Origin: a virus
Lineage: Duplodnaviria; Caudoviricetes
DNA length: 59,960 nt
Direction: 5' to 3' (one strand)
Virus record (IMG/VR): IMGVR_UViG_3300021133_000004
Coordinates: 1 to 59,960 of that record
The position numbers and the translations under genes are program-made. Each line of letters opens with the position of its first letter. Position 1 is the stretch's first letter. Under the pieces are notes generated by a model that saw only the letters and a program-made list of their open reading frames with translations, had not been told where the DNA came from and did no database searches. This document shows positions 18,857 to 28,174 of the stretch, piece after piece.

Positions 18857-21499
18857 TCATAGTGTTCCATTATCGTTATCCTCTTCTATAAATTCTCTAT
18901 GTACATACGCGGAACGCTTGCGACCGGCCTTTCTTTTGCCGAATGCGACATCATCAACCCAGACGACATCGCCTCCATCAATGATGGCTTGCATGACATC
19001 TTTCAATTCGCGCTCTGGCAAACGACCAGGCGGCGAGCGGCGAAGTTCATAATGCGCCAATCCGCGCGGGCCGGCGGCATGCACCAGTTTCTTTGCCGCC
19101 TTCATTTTCTGCTCAAAATTGGTATCCGCGATCTCGTCCTTGGCGCTGGCTTCCATCGCGGTGATAGTCACGCGGGACAGTTCGCAAGCCCAGCGCATTA
19201 TGTCACCCGTCACCACCAGCGTGGTGGTATCGATTTGGCGCTTGCCTTCTTCGACGAGGGCCGGGGCAGAACAGGCCGCAACCAAAGCGAATTTCAAAGC
19301 GTTTTCACGGGCGCGGACGTACAGAGAATCGGTACCGCGTTCGCGCGCCGCAACCTTTTTGGCATGCATTTCCAGTTCAAAATCTTTGGCGACGTTCATG
19401 GCCTCATCGGTCATGGGCACCTTGATCGGGCGGATAACCTGGTCGCCGCCCACCAGTTCTATGGGGTTCGGATTTAGCGGCCGCTCGTTCCAGGCACGCA
19501 GCCAGTCGATGACTTCTTCGGGCGGGTCCATTTCCACCGGCATGGAGCCAATGGGGTCATGGTCACCGGCTGAAAACAGCGTGAAGCGGCTCAGAAGGCC
19601 GTTGGTGACATCTTTGGTGGACAGGGCAGAGAATAGGCCGGCCGGGGTGGACGCGCCCATGACGCAAACACAGGGCTGGTCAACAGTCTTGATCTTCTCA
19701 CTATCGGCGTAGGATTTGCCCTTAAAAACGGTGCGGCTGGAAGAGTACAGCTTCAGCAGTGTAGAAACGATGTTTACAACGTGAACACCGGCATTCCGAT
19801 TATTGGTAGACGAAAATAGGAATGAAATTTCGTCCAAAAGGCAGATCTGGTTCGGCTGCCTGATAACGCAATTTGTCAGGCCCGCATCGCTGGCCATTTC
19901 CTCGACACCGATCAGGACATCGAATAGGCCGGCCGCCTTGGCGGTCTGCTTGACCGCAGACAGAAGGCGCTCCTTGCCGGCACCAGAATGGGCCACCGCA
20001 AGGGCGTAAATGTTAGCCCTAACCCCAGATACCTCCAATTCGGCCTTCCGGCCTATGGCAGACCCGAAAAATGTCAGGACAGATGCCAGCGCTAGGGCCG
20101 GCTGGGGCTTGGGGGAGGTTGCTACGATAAAGTTATGCATATCCCGCATAACCCCAGGAAGATTACTGTACAATGATGGGGAGATATTCGAGTTCTTCTC
20201 AGCAGCCACATAGAAGGCCACAGGCGTCGATTTGCGGGTTGGCTGGTGTACCAGACCGGACAGGTCCACAAGGGGCGGCGCTGGCGTCAGGAAGGCTTCT
20301 GAGGACAGGTCTGAGACTTCCAGAACCCCGTTGGCCAGCAGGGCGCGCAGGTGGTCCAGCCGGTCATGGCCAGCGCAGCCCGCATGCATGCAGTTTATGA
20401 CAAAACCAGACTTCACGGACGGCAGGGAGGCCATCGGCAGATCCGAAGCGTTTACGGCGTAGGTTCCGCCGGTATCCTCCCCGGCCGTCACATGGTCCCC
20501 GGCGTTCGGGCACCGGATATGCCGTTTCACCCCGTTTACCCGGCTGGTGAACATCTTTGGAGCCTTAGCCTGGAGCGCCTTCACCACCTCGAACCGGGAG
20601 GCGTATTGGGCCGCCCATTCGGTCAGGTCGATAAATTCCCCGTCCTTGGACACCGCATGCTTGTGATCGGGCTTTACAGCCTTCAGGTGAGGCGCTGGGG
20701 CAGCGGCCGCAAATAGGGGTGCCTCGGCAGCCGGGGCATCGGGAAGGTCGAACAGCGGGCACGGCAAGCCCTCCAGCGATCGATATTCAAACGGGGCCTC
20801 CTTGTTCTTGATCCGGGGCAGATAAAACAGGCGGCTGGTGTCCACGCAGGACTGGTCGTTGTTCAGCCCCAAGGCGTGTGCAAGTGCAGCAATTCTCTCC
20901 CGCCACCGGGTGTTGGCCGATAGCTGGCTCTCAAAATTCTCGGCCACCCACGGTTCGGCCAACTTCAGAATAATTCTAAATTTGGGGCACGGGGCATGCT
21001 CCACGACAAGGTTGCGGGCGCTGCCCTCGCTGACCTCGTCAATGATCTTGGCCCCCTTGATCACGCGGGGCAGATAACCCTTCTTTTCGGCAAGGTATTC
21101 CTCGACCCCCTTGCCAGTATTGTCCGCCCGCCACTTTTCGAACGCAGCCTCTGAAATCTGGGTCTGGTTCGTCATATGGCTATGGGTCGAATGAATAACC
21201 GCCCGCCAGCCCTTGGCCGTGATAGAATCGGCGATTTCGCCCAAGCTGTAACCGCAGTCTGCATCCAGAACGACAACATCGATCCGGGCAGTCTGATCCA
21301 TGCGGCGGGCAGTGCCCGTAAAAATGGCCGGCGTATAGCAAGGACCATCCTTGATTCCGACGCCAGGCTTGCGAAGAAGATCAGCAAAATCGTCAAACGT
21401 CATGCTGCGGCGATCGGACCACCGCACTTCAGAACGCGACTTGCCAAAAGTTAAAGATATTTCCTGCTGCTCTGCCATATCGGGATCATTATCAATCAT
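18857..21499 (-). CDS. Primase-like protein fused to a DUF3987-type P-loop helicase
   Basis: N-terminal VVLDAD / HSTHSH / PKFRII / SRLFYLP motifs, a central Cys/His cluster, Walker A AHSGAGKE and Walker B LLDEI. Confidence 0.75.
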   Translation of the reverse strand: MIDNDPDMAEQQEISLTFGKSRSEVRWSDRRSMTFDDFADLLRKPGVGIKDGPCYTPAIFTGTARRMDQTARIDVVVLDADCGYSLGEIADSITAKGWRAVIHSTHSHMTNQTQISEAAFEKWRADNTGKGVEEYLAEKKGYLPRVIKGAKIIDEVSEGSARNLVVEHAPCPKFRIILKLAEPWVAENFESQLSANTRWRERIAALAHALGLNNDQSCVDTSRLFYLPRIKNKEAPFEYRSLEGLPCPLFDLPDAPAAEAPLFAAAAPAPHLKAVKPDHKHAVSKDGEFIDLTEWAAQYASRFEVVKALQAKAPKMFTSRVNGVKRHIRCPNAGDHVTAGEDTGGTYAVNASDLPMASLPSVKSGFVINCMHAGCAGHDRLDHLRALLANGVLEVSDLSSEAFLTPAPPLVDLSGLVHQPTRKSTPVAFYVAAEKNSNISPSLYSNLPGVMRDMHNFIVATSPKPQPALALASVLTFFGSAIGRKAELEVSGVRANIYALAVAHSGAGKERLLSAVKQTAKAAGLFDVLIGVEEMASDAGLTNCVIRQPNQICLLDEISFLFSSTNNRNAGVHVVNIVSTLLKLYSSSRTVFKGKSYADSEKIKTVDQPCVCVMGASTPAGLFSALSTKDVTNGLLSRFTLFSAGDHDPIGSMPVEMDPPEEVIDWLRAWNERPLNPNPIELVGGDQVIRPIKVPMTDEAMNVAKDFELEMHAKKVAARERGTDSLYVRARENALKFALVAACSAPALVEEGKRQIDTTTLVVTGDIMRWACELSRVTITAMEASAKDEIADTNFEQKMKAAKKLVHAAGPRGLAHYELRRSPPGRLPERELKDVMQAIIDGGDVVWVDDVAFGKRKAGRKRSAYVHREFIEEDNDNGTL

Positions 21500-21708
21500 T
21501 AAAAAGGAACTGCTCTGGTCATATATTGACGAATGACGATGGCAAGGAAATTCATCCACTCTTCGGATGTCATATCGTCAAAATTTTTGAACCCCATATT
21601 TTCCAGATAACAGCCGGCTGCATCGCTGGCATCATACAAAGCTTCAATTTCATAATCTTCAAATTTCCGATATTCAGAAACATCTATATTACCCAACATT
21701 CTGTTCAT
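21499..21708 (-). CDS. Small protein between helicase and primase (DUF6511-like)
   Basis: AAGCYLE..G..FDDMTSEEW..F motif. Coupled to both neighbours. Confidence 0.55.
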   Translation of the reverse strand: MNRMLGNIDVSEYRKFEDYEIEALYDASDAAGCYLENMGFKNFDDMTSEEWMNFLAIVIRQYMTRAVPF

Positions 21709-23288
21709 GGCAGCATGTACCCCATAATTTCGGTGTACTTTCCATTAGGACGCACCCGGATCTTCTTGGGAACTTCCAGAAACGCTGATCTCTTGACGGC
21801 TTCATTAGTATCGCGCGGCACTGGTGCAGTTTCCATAGTTCTATTGATCCACCATTTCACCGCTTTTTCGCCGGCATACCCAACATGCTCAAAGCATATC
21901 CATTCGCGGTACTGAACCAAACCACACTGATAGGTAACACACATGGACGGCGGCTTGCCGGGCTTGAAGTGGGCCGCATAGGTAACCTTGTCTACTTCTA
22001 CCCATTCGTTATTTATCTGGCTGGAAAGTAATGCATCGGTTGATGCCACCTTACTGATCTTGATTTCGCGTGGTGGGAACTCAAAACCGCAGTTTTTGCA
22101 TCTCAACGTACCCGCAGCGCATATCATTGCACATTTTGGGCAAACCTTGACTGGGGCCTCTCCTGGTTCCTCGTTGTCATCCTTTTTCTTAGATCCGCGA
22201 ACTGTGTCTACGGGACCGTGCCGGCGCGTGTTCCCCGCGAAGTCTAGAACCAGACAATCATCCTTGCCGTTGGCCAACCGCGTTCCACGACCCAGCATCT
22301 GCACATAAAGACCCTGAGACTTGGTCGGCCGCAGCATGCCGATCATGTCCACGCCAGGGGCATCGAAGCCGGTGGTCAGAACATTCATATTGGTGATGCA
22401 GCGGATATTGCCTTCCTTGAACTCGCGCAGAATCCTGTCGCGCTCCGGTGCCGGCGTATCGCCAGACACTGTTTCGCAAGTCAGACCTGCCGCCTTGATC
22501 AGATCCCGAACGTGCTTTGCGTGAGAGACACCAGCGCAGAAGACCAGCCATGAGCCCCTGTCCTGCCCGTGCTTTATCATTTCCGCGACTGCGGCGACAT
22601 TGGCTTCTTCCGTATCGACCGCCCTCTCAAGTTCGCCCGCAATAAATTCGCCGCCGCGCGTATGAACCCCGGTAACGTCCAGCGTCATGCTCGTTTGCTT
22701 CGGGATAAGTGGGACCAGATATCCCTGCTCAATCATGTCGAGCATATCTGCTTCGTAACAGATATCGGTAAACAGCGCGTCAACGCCGCTGGTAAGCATG
22801 CCCTGATCCATGCGGTAGGGCGTAGCAGTCAGGCCGATGATCTTCAGATCAGGATTAATATCTTTCAGGTCGCGCAGAAAGTTCCGATACATGCCGTTAT
22901 CGGACTTCTGCATCAGGTGCGCCTCGTCGATCATGACAAGGTCGCATTTCTGCACTTCATAGGCGCGGCGATGTATCGACTGAATGCCAGCAAACAGGAT
23001 CTGGCTGTCCATCTCGCGCTTGCCAAGGCCCGCGCTGTAGATGCCGGCCGGGGCTTCGGGCCAGGCGCGCAAGGCTGCGTTGAAGTTCTGCTGGATCAAT
23101 TCCTTCACATGGGTCAGGACAATGACGCGCGTATCGCGCCATGTGCCAAGTGACTCTTGCAAAAACTTCGCCAGCACCACGCTCTTGCCGGTGCCTGTAG
23201 GTAATACGATTAGTGGATTGCCGTCGTCTGACCGAAAGTATTCGTATATCGAATCAATCGCTTCCCGCTGGTACTTTCTTAGTTCCAT
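21705..23288 (-). CDS. SF2 DEAH helicase (YejH/RadD-like) with C-terminal zinc finger
   Basis: LRKYQ, PTGTGKS, DEAH, TAT, TGFD, QMLGRGTR, CPKC..CKNC. Start placed at MELRKYQ. Confidence 0.92.
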   Translation of the reverse strand: MELRKYQREAIDSIYEYFRSDDGNPLIVLPTGTGKSVVLAKFLQESLGTWRDTRVIVLTHVKELIQQNFNAALRAWPEAPAGIYSAGLGKREMDSQILFAGIQSIHRRAYEVQKCDLVMIDEAHLMQKSDNGMYRNFLRDLKDINPDLKIIGLTATPYRMDQGMLTSGVDALFTDICYEADMLDMIEQGYLVPLIPKQTSMTLDVTGVHTRGGEFIAGELERAVDTEEANVAAVAEMIKHGQDRGSWLVFCAGVSHAKHVRDLIKAAGLTCETVSGDTPAPERDRILREFKEGNIRCITNMNVLTTGFDAPGVDMIGMLRPTKSQGLYVQMLGRGTRLANGKDDCLVLDFAGNTRRHGPVDTVRGSKKKDDNEEPGEAPVKVCPKCAMICAAGTLRCKNCGFEFPPREIKISKVASTDALLSSQINNEWVEVDKVTYAAHFKPGKPPSMCVTYQCGLVQYREWICFEHVGYAGEKAVKWWINRTMETAPVPRDTNEAVKRSAFLEVPKKIRVRPNGKYTEIMGYMLP

Positions 23289-24012
23289 GACATGTTTCTC
23301 TATAGTTGCACCATTTACACGCAAACCAATTAGGGTCGTTTGATGTCTTCGCCAGCGGATACTTGGCTTCCAAAATGCGGCGGGCCTTGTCCTTGATGGC
23401 TTCAAAATCTTCGGGCACAAATTCTGTGCGGCAAGCGTCCCAGTCACGACCGCCGGGTGTTCCAACGGTCAGAAAGTGACGCTTCATTCCAGAATAGCCC
23501 ATGTAGCACTGCGCCTGGGCGTAGTAGACCGGATCCCATTCCTTCAGCGTTTTCTTTTCGCCGTTCTTCTGCTTGATGCTCTGGAACTTGGCGTATTTCT
23601 TTTCGTTGACGCACTTGCCTTCCCAGACATGCCAGGTGGCCGGCGCTTGGATCAGGCCTTTGATAATGCCGTCCATGTGGCCTTTGAACTTGCCATCAAA
23701 ATCCACGACTTCGAACTGGCGGCCGGTTTCAGGGTCCAGCGTCATGAACGTAATGCCCGGTATCAGGCGCAAACGCTCGCCCATCAAATCTTCTGTCCTG
23801 TGGCCGTCCGCGAACCGGCGCAGCGTAGCGGCGTCGAAGTTCTCAGGTTCAGGCTGGTGATAGCTGTACCAAAGCTTACGCGAGCATTCGTTGCCGATAG
23901 CCGACATGCCAAGATATTGGCGGCGCGGAGCGCGGGCTTCGCGCTCAACCATGGCTACATCTACTGCGGCAAGGTTTGGATCTTGAACTGGCGGTTGTGG
24001 AATAGCGACCAT
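23254..24012 (-). CDS. Cas4-like PD-(D/E)XK exonuclease
   Basis: MSAIGNECSRKLWY, GHMDG, WEGK, YAQAQCY and CKWC.Y...C, giving four Cys in a Cas4-type arrangement. Confidence 0.8.
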   Translation of the reverse strand: MVAIPQPPVQDPNLAAVDVAMVEREARAPRRQYLGMSAIGNECSRKLWYSYHQPEPENFDAATLRRFADGHRTEDLMGERLRLIPGITFMTLDPETGRQFEVVDFDGKFKGHMDGIIKGLIQAPATWHVWEGKCVNEKKYAKFQSIKQKNGEKKTLKEWDPVYYAQAQCYMGYSGMKRHFLTVGTPGGRDWDACRTEFVPEDFEAIKDKARRILEAKYPLAKTSNDPNWFACKWCNYRETCHGTKKVPAGSD

Positions 24013-24024
24013 GTGTTCCCCTAT

Positions 24025-24058
24025 AAAAAAGGGCCGGCTGTTACGCCGGCCCAATTTC
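24025..24058 (-). terminator. Intrinsic terminator after the DUF669 gene
   Basis: GGGCCGGC/GCCGGCCC stem followed by T6 on the - strand. Confidence 0.6.
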
Positions 24059-24544
24059 TTACGAACGCCTCCAGGGCGGCGCGCTGCTGGCTGCGGGAGC
24101 AGAAGGTGCCGAAGCGGCCGGCGCAGAACCACGCAAGGACTTGTAGCCCTTGATCTCGTTTTGGGCATCGCGATCGATACCGTTCTTATCGGGACCGGCC
24201 GGGCGAACCTTCAAACTGATGGTGAACTCTTTGAAGTAAAGCTGTTCAGTTTCCTTAATCTTTAGAACACCACAGGCGCGGCTGATCGAAGACATGGTCC
24301 TGAATGCGATATCAACGGCAGTGGGATTGCTGTTTTCGATGTTCAAACGCTCGAACAGCTTGCGGCCGCGATACTGGCCATCCGTGATTTCGATTTCCAT
24401 CCAGATGTAACGGCCAGACCCCGACTTGGTGTCGCGCCATTCGCTATTGATGATCTGGGCCGGGTAATCACCAGGCGGTATGGGTTCATAAGAACTGTTG
24501 GGTTCGATAGCTTCTGCGTCGAACATTGTGCTGAGTTGTACCAT
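24059..24544 (-). CDS. DUF669-family ssDNA-binding protein
   Basis: YEPIPPGDY, G.YRGRK.FERLN, NEIKGY and an A/P-rich tail ending PPW. Adjacent to Sak4. Confidence 0.8.
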   Translation of the reverse strand: MVQLSTMFDAEAIEPNSSYEPIPPGDYPAQIINSEWRDTKSGSGRYIWMEIEITDGQYRGRKLFERLNIENSNPTAVDIAFRTMSSISRACGVLKIKETEQLYFKEFTISLKVRPAGPDKNGIDRDAQNEIKGYKSLRGSAPAASAPSAPAASSAPPWRRS

Positions 24545-24546
24545 TT

Positions 24547-25320
24547 TCAGACTGCCTTCTTTTCAGTTTTGGGTTTTGCGTAGAACGGAATGCCAGAAGC
24601 GTAGGTATCCCAATCCATGGGAATCATGGGTTCAAGATTGAAACGCTGCTTGGCAAGGAATGCGGGGCGCTCTTCAGTGTACAACACGCGGTCGCCGCCC
24701 CCGACTGCCCGCGTGATCTTCTTGCCGAATCCCGCATCGGACTTGATGGTCGAAATGCGGTAGTTGGCAAACAAGACATTGTCCATGGCTTCCTGCAACA
24801 GGGCAGAAGCGCCTTTGTGGATCTTCGGAGTATACCGATCATAGGGCTCACTGTCGGGAGCCTCGAACCGGCTGATCTGGGAATGCGCGATCAGAATGAC
24901 AGACATCTTCTTGTCATCGCGCAGGGCGCGCAAACCATCGATCATGGCCCGCCACATATCCAGCGCAGCGACATAGCCCTTGCCGTATCCAGGTGCTTCG
25001 ATGTTGGCCCAACCGTTGTCCTTACAGGCTTGCGCCCAGACCAGCGGCTCCAGATGGTCCACGCTGTCCAGAACCAGCGTTTCATACTTGTGATCTTCCG
25101 AATAAAGAGATCCGATCGACTGCATGACCTCATCAAAGGTCCGAAGCATGCCGAAAGTATCGCGATCGATCAGACCCAGACCGTCTTCAGTCTGGAGAAA
25201 GATCGGCTTTGGTGCGCTGGCGGCGAAACTGGTCTTGCCGACGCCGTGTGGGCCGTAAATCATTCCCATGGGCGGCTTATTTGTCGCCCCTGATTTTACG
25301 TTAGCTAGAGAGATTGCCAT
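24547..25320 (-). CDS. sak4: Sak4-like single-strand annealing ATPase (AAA_24)
   Basis: YGPHGVGKT, TEDG, LVLDS, GYGKGY, ILIAH, YDRY and AKQR motifs. Confidence 0.85.
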   Translation of the reverse strand: MAISLANVKSGATNKPPMGMIYGPHGVGKTSFAASAPKPIFLQTEDGLGLIDRDTFGMLRTFDEVMQSIGSLYSEDHKYETLVLDSVDHLEPLVWAQACKDNGWANIEAPGYGKGYVAALDMWRAMIDGLRALRDDKKMSVILIAHSQISRFEAPDSEPYDRYTPKIHKGASALLQEAMDNVLFANYRISTIKSDAGFGKKITRAVGGGDRVLYTEERPAFLAKQRFNLEPMIPMDWDTYASGIPFYAKPKTEKKAV

Positions 25321-25791
25321 CTACTTTCCTTTCTCGATTTTGAACGTGGGTTTCTTTGTGTTGACAGTGCGCGCAGGGTCAAAAATTGCTTTGATGCTTT
25401 GCGGCCATGCTTTGTACTTGCTCTCAGGTACGCTGTATTTGATTGTGACGTAATCCTCCACTGGTTCGTTCATGGCTGCAATAGCCGTCGCAGCGCGCCT
25501 CAGTGCGCCCTGGTCCCAATCGACATCCTTGGCCAGATCGGCGGTGACTACATATCCGTCTACCTCAATCCGCACTGATCCAGTGTCCTTGCCGGCAGCG
25601 CCGCGAAGCTTATCAGCTTCATCACTGAACCTAGACACCAGAAGGTTGTGCAGAAAGCCATCATACTTTTTGGTCAAAGCTTTTAATTCAGACAATTCAT
25701 CGACCAAAAGAACAATCTGTTCGATCGGCATCTTGGCGGTCTTGGAAGCTGACAACGATTCCAGATCAGACAAAGTAATGCTGTTTTTCAT
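25321..25791 (-). CDS. Conserved phage protein upstream of Sak4
   Basis: 156 aa with V.WDQ and VPESKYKAWP motifs. GAGG RBS. Confidence 0.65.
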   Translation of the reverse strand: MKNSITLSDLESLSASKTAKMPIEQIVLLVDELSELKALTKKYDGFLHNLLVSRFSDEADKLRGAAGKDTGSVRIEVDGYVVTADLAKDVDWDQGALRRAATAIAAMNEPVEDYVTIKYSVPESKYKAWPQSIKAIFDPARTVNTKKPTFKIEKGK

Positions 25792-25825
25792 AGTTTCCTC
25801 GTTAGCGAATAGATTTATATCGTCT

Positions 25826-25856
25826 ATATGATAGCAGAATGCGGATAGGTCAAGCC
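25826..25856 (-). promoter_or_regulatory. Sigma70-like promoter for the recombination/replication operon
   Basis: - strand reads GGCTTGACCTATCCGCATTCTGCTATCATAT, i.e. CTTGAC...CTAT as in alphaproteobacterial promoters. Confidence 0.55.
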
Positions 25857-26026
25857 TTGTGGCGGACCATCATTTCAAAAAGTTTGTAAGCACTTTTGGG
25901 TATTCTGGTATCCCCAGCGATCCAACGGTACCAGGTGGCAATGTGTATGCCGGCCATGTCAGCCGCTTCCACATATGTCAGGTTCAACCGCTTCGCCATG
26001 TCAGCCAGCTTTTCACCTTCAGTCAT
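25850..26026 (-). CDS. Small XRE-type HTH regulator
   Basis: LTYVEAADMAGIHIATWYRWIAG...IP. Confidence 0.7.
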   Translation of the reverse strand: MTEGEKLADMAKRLNLTYVEAADMAGIHIATWYRWIAGDTRIPKSAYKLFEMMVRHKA

Positions 26027-26214
26027 AAAACGAACCCACAATAGATGCCAACATCAAAACAACAATTCCAATTATTGTAATACCCAGAGCAGCAGATATA
26101 CCGCTCAACACACGTTCCCCAATACTAGGTTTCTTCGGTGGCTCTGCGTACATTTTGGGCGGAACGCCCCAGTTTCTTTGATTCACTTTTCACCCTCCGT
26201 TATATGTTTATTAT

Positions 26215-26541
26215 TCATACTTTCATAACCCCATTGGCTTTCAGCTTTTTATTTGCCCAGGACCAAAGGTCATTTTCCCAATGCGTCCATTCCGAATCAT
26301 CATCAGGAAGGCGTTCGTCCATAATGTGAAGCGCGACTTCGCGCGTGACATCCTTGCTAATGCCATTAGCAAGATCGACAAAAATTATTGACTGCACACC
26401 TTCCCACTGCCCAGACGAAATGTTGTCCAGCACAGACTTCATGTCCTGCAATTCACTCAGCGGAAATTCAGAAATGTACGGCCCAGGATATTTAGGGGAA
26501 TACGGTCCATCCATCACCGCAATATAAAACGTACTAAGCAT
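26215..26541 (-). CDS. Hypothetical protein
   Basis: 108-aa ORF coupled to the 73-aa ORF at 26534-26755. Confidence 0.55.
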   Translation of the reverse strand: MLSTFYIAVMDGPYSPKYPGPYISEFPLSELQDMKSVLDNISSGQWEGVQSIIFVDLANGISKDVTREVALHIMDERLPDDDSEWTHWENDLWSWANKKLKANGVMKV

Positions 26542-26770
26542 TATATTCCTCCACCGTGATCTTGTAGTCCTTGCCGTTCATGTCCTTCACAAAGACCGTC
26601 TTGGCCGGCGAGATCAGCCAGCCGCCCCGGTCCAGATCCGAACACATAGGTCCGACCTGTTCGATCAGGCTAGAATCGTGCAAGCCGGCAATGATGCGTG
26701 TGGCGATGTAGTCCGTCAGGACCAGGGGCTTTATAGCCTTAAAATGAATTGCCATTTATCTATCCTTGAT

Positions 26771-26813
26771 TAGCGATTTGCGATGTATAGCGAAATGCGA
26801 TCGGAGGGTCAAA
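26771..26813 (-). promoter_or_regulatory. Promoter overlapped by a 14-bp direct repeat
   Basis: - strand TTGACC...CTATAC. + strand TAGCGATTTGCGAT (26771) and TAGCGAAATGCGAT (26788). Confidence 0.55.
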
Positions 26814-26830
26814 TGTCTTTTGGGGCTCCT

Positions 26831-27070
26831 TTACTTGACGCTGATAGGATCAGAAGGTTTCGGTGGCATCAGGTCATTGATCCCAACCGCTGACGGCTTG
26901 CCGCCAACTTCCCGGCCATACCACTTCTCGCGTTTGGCGACGATTACCTCATAGGTAGCGAGACAGTCGCAAAGATATTCAGCCAGCATCCAGTCTGGCG
27001 TATCGCTGCCGTTCTCCATGCTGTGTGCGTTAATGAGATTGGTAAGCGCGTCTTGGAATGATATGGCCAT
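26831..27070 (-). CDS. Hypothetical phage protein, co-oriented with the resolvase-like gene
   Basis: LIN.HS.ENGSDTPDW.LAEYL motif. AAGGAG RBS. Confidence 0.65.
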   Translation of the reverse strand: MAISFQDALTNLINAHSMENGSDTPDWMLAEYLCDCLATYEVIVAKREKWYGREVGGKPSAVGINDLMPPKPSDPISVK

Positions 27071-27082
27071 GGTGTTGCTCCT

Positions 27083-27625
27083 TTACTTAGGTCTGCGGCC
27101 CGCAGGAACATCCCGCTTGCCTAATACTTTGTAAGCTGTTGCAGGACGCCATCCGGGCATCAGGTCTATGGCCTCGGCCACGCTGAACTTAGGATTGCGC
27201 CAGATGATAGTAGCCTCACGGTTGCCCATCACGCCGTTATCCTTGCGCCGCTTCTCAGCCTTCTGGCGGGCAAGTTCGGCCATGTATTCCTTGGAGGGCT
27301 TTGGGGGATCAATGGCCGCGTTCAGCATCTGGACGCCATGTGTACGGCTATCTATTAGCGTTTCAACGTCCAGCACGGTAGCGCCCCACTCATGCACCAG
27401 CTTGACGGCTGCGCCCATCGCTCTGCGCCCCGGCCCGAAAGCCAGCAGCCCGTCCACGACACCCAGCGCCTCGCCCTGCCGCATCTTGAACTTGCCCAGC
27501 GTCTGCCCCTTGTCGGCGCGGTAAATCTGCCGAGGCGTCAAGCCAAAGGCTACAAGGCGCTCCGCATCCTTCTCGTGGCGGGCATAGCCTCTAATGACGT
27601 TTGGGACGAGTTTGGCGCTTTTCAT
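27083..27625 (-). CDS. Degenerate small serine recombinase (resolvase/invertase) homolog lacking catalytic residues, with C-terminal HTH
   Basis: By-eye alignment to Tn3/gamma-delta resolvase. IRGYAR is kept but the following VS is missing. QIY..DK is present. GEALGVVDGLLAFG replaces GD.(L/I).V..LDRLGR. The C-terminal RPATAYKVL resembles RSTVYKVI. Confidence 0.6.
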   Translation of the reverse strand: MKSAKLVPNVIRGYARHEKDAERLVAFGLTPRQIYRADKGQTLGKFKMRQGEALGVVDGLLAFGPGRRAMGAAVKLVHEWGATVLDVETLIDSRTHGVQMLNAAIDPPKPSKEYMAELARQKAEKRRKDNGVMGNREATIIWRNPKFSVAEAIDLMPGWRPATAYKVLGKRDVPAGRRPK

Positions 27626-27641
27626 GGAATATTTCTACTCG

Positions 27642-27672
27642 CATTGACAACCGTAGTCAATGGGTCTATTTA
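27642..27672 (+). promoter_or_regulatory. Promoter with an operator-like palindrome between the resolvase-like gene and the ORF array
   Basis: CATTGAC-N7-GTCAATG (27642-27662) overlaps TTGACA at 27644. CTATTT lies at 27666. Confidence 0.65.
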
Positions 27673-27700
27673 GAGGGCAAGAATTGAAGGAAGGGCCGCC

Positions 27701-28138
27701 ATGCGCCGCTTTAGTGTTTCCGCCCCATACGATCCCGCTTTGGACATTTACAATTCCAAAGAGGGGCGGAAAATGCTGGCGATATTCCAAAACGCGCCTA
27801 AATGGAAAAAGGAACTATGGCTTTCCAAGGCTCATACGACACGGAAGAAAAACAGCGCATCTGCTGTGAAGAAGGCAGACGCGATACGGCAAGCGCGCGA
27901 AGACGCAGAGAGGGATGCGGCGGAAACAGTCATTCTAGCCGTTTCGGCAATACAACACGCGCTGATGGCGTTGCAGGATACCCCCGCGCCGAATAATTTC
28001 AGAAAAAGTCTAAGCCCCCACGCGGTCCATAACGCCGTTTATGTACTGCGGAACAAGTGCGGTATCACGTTCCCCCCAGACGAGGAATTTTCGCGGCCCA
28101 TTAAGCTGGATCGCGTCCATCTATCAACTGAACAATAA
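27701..28138 (+). CDS. Hypothetical protein, array ORF 1
   Basis: 145 aa. Preceded by AAGGGCC. Ends STEQ* inside the junction motif. Confidence 0.6.
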   Translation: MRRFSVSAPYDPALDIYNSKEGRKMLAIFQNAPKWKKELWLSKAHTTRKKNSASAVKKADAIRQAREDAERDAAETVILAVSAIQHALMALQDTPAPNNFRKSLSPHAVHNAVYVLRNKCGITFPPDEEFSRPIKLDRVHLSTEQ

Positions 28139-28174
28139 GGGCCCCTTTCCCGCGAAACAATTCAAGGAAAATTT

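Noticed and set aside
23254-24012. CRISPR-Cas system based on the Cas4-like gene
   Set aside because: No cas1, cas2 or array. A solo Cas4-like nuclease in a Sak4 module is ordinary for phages.
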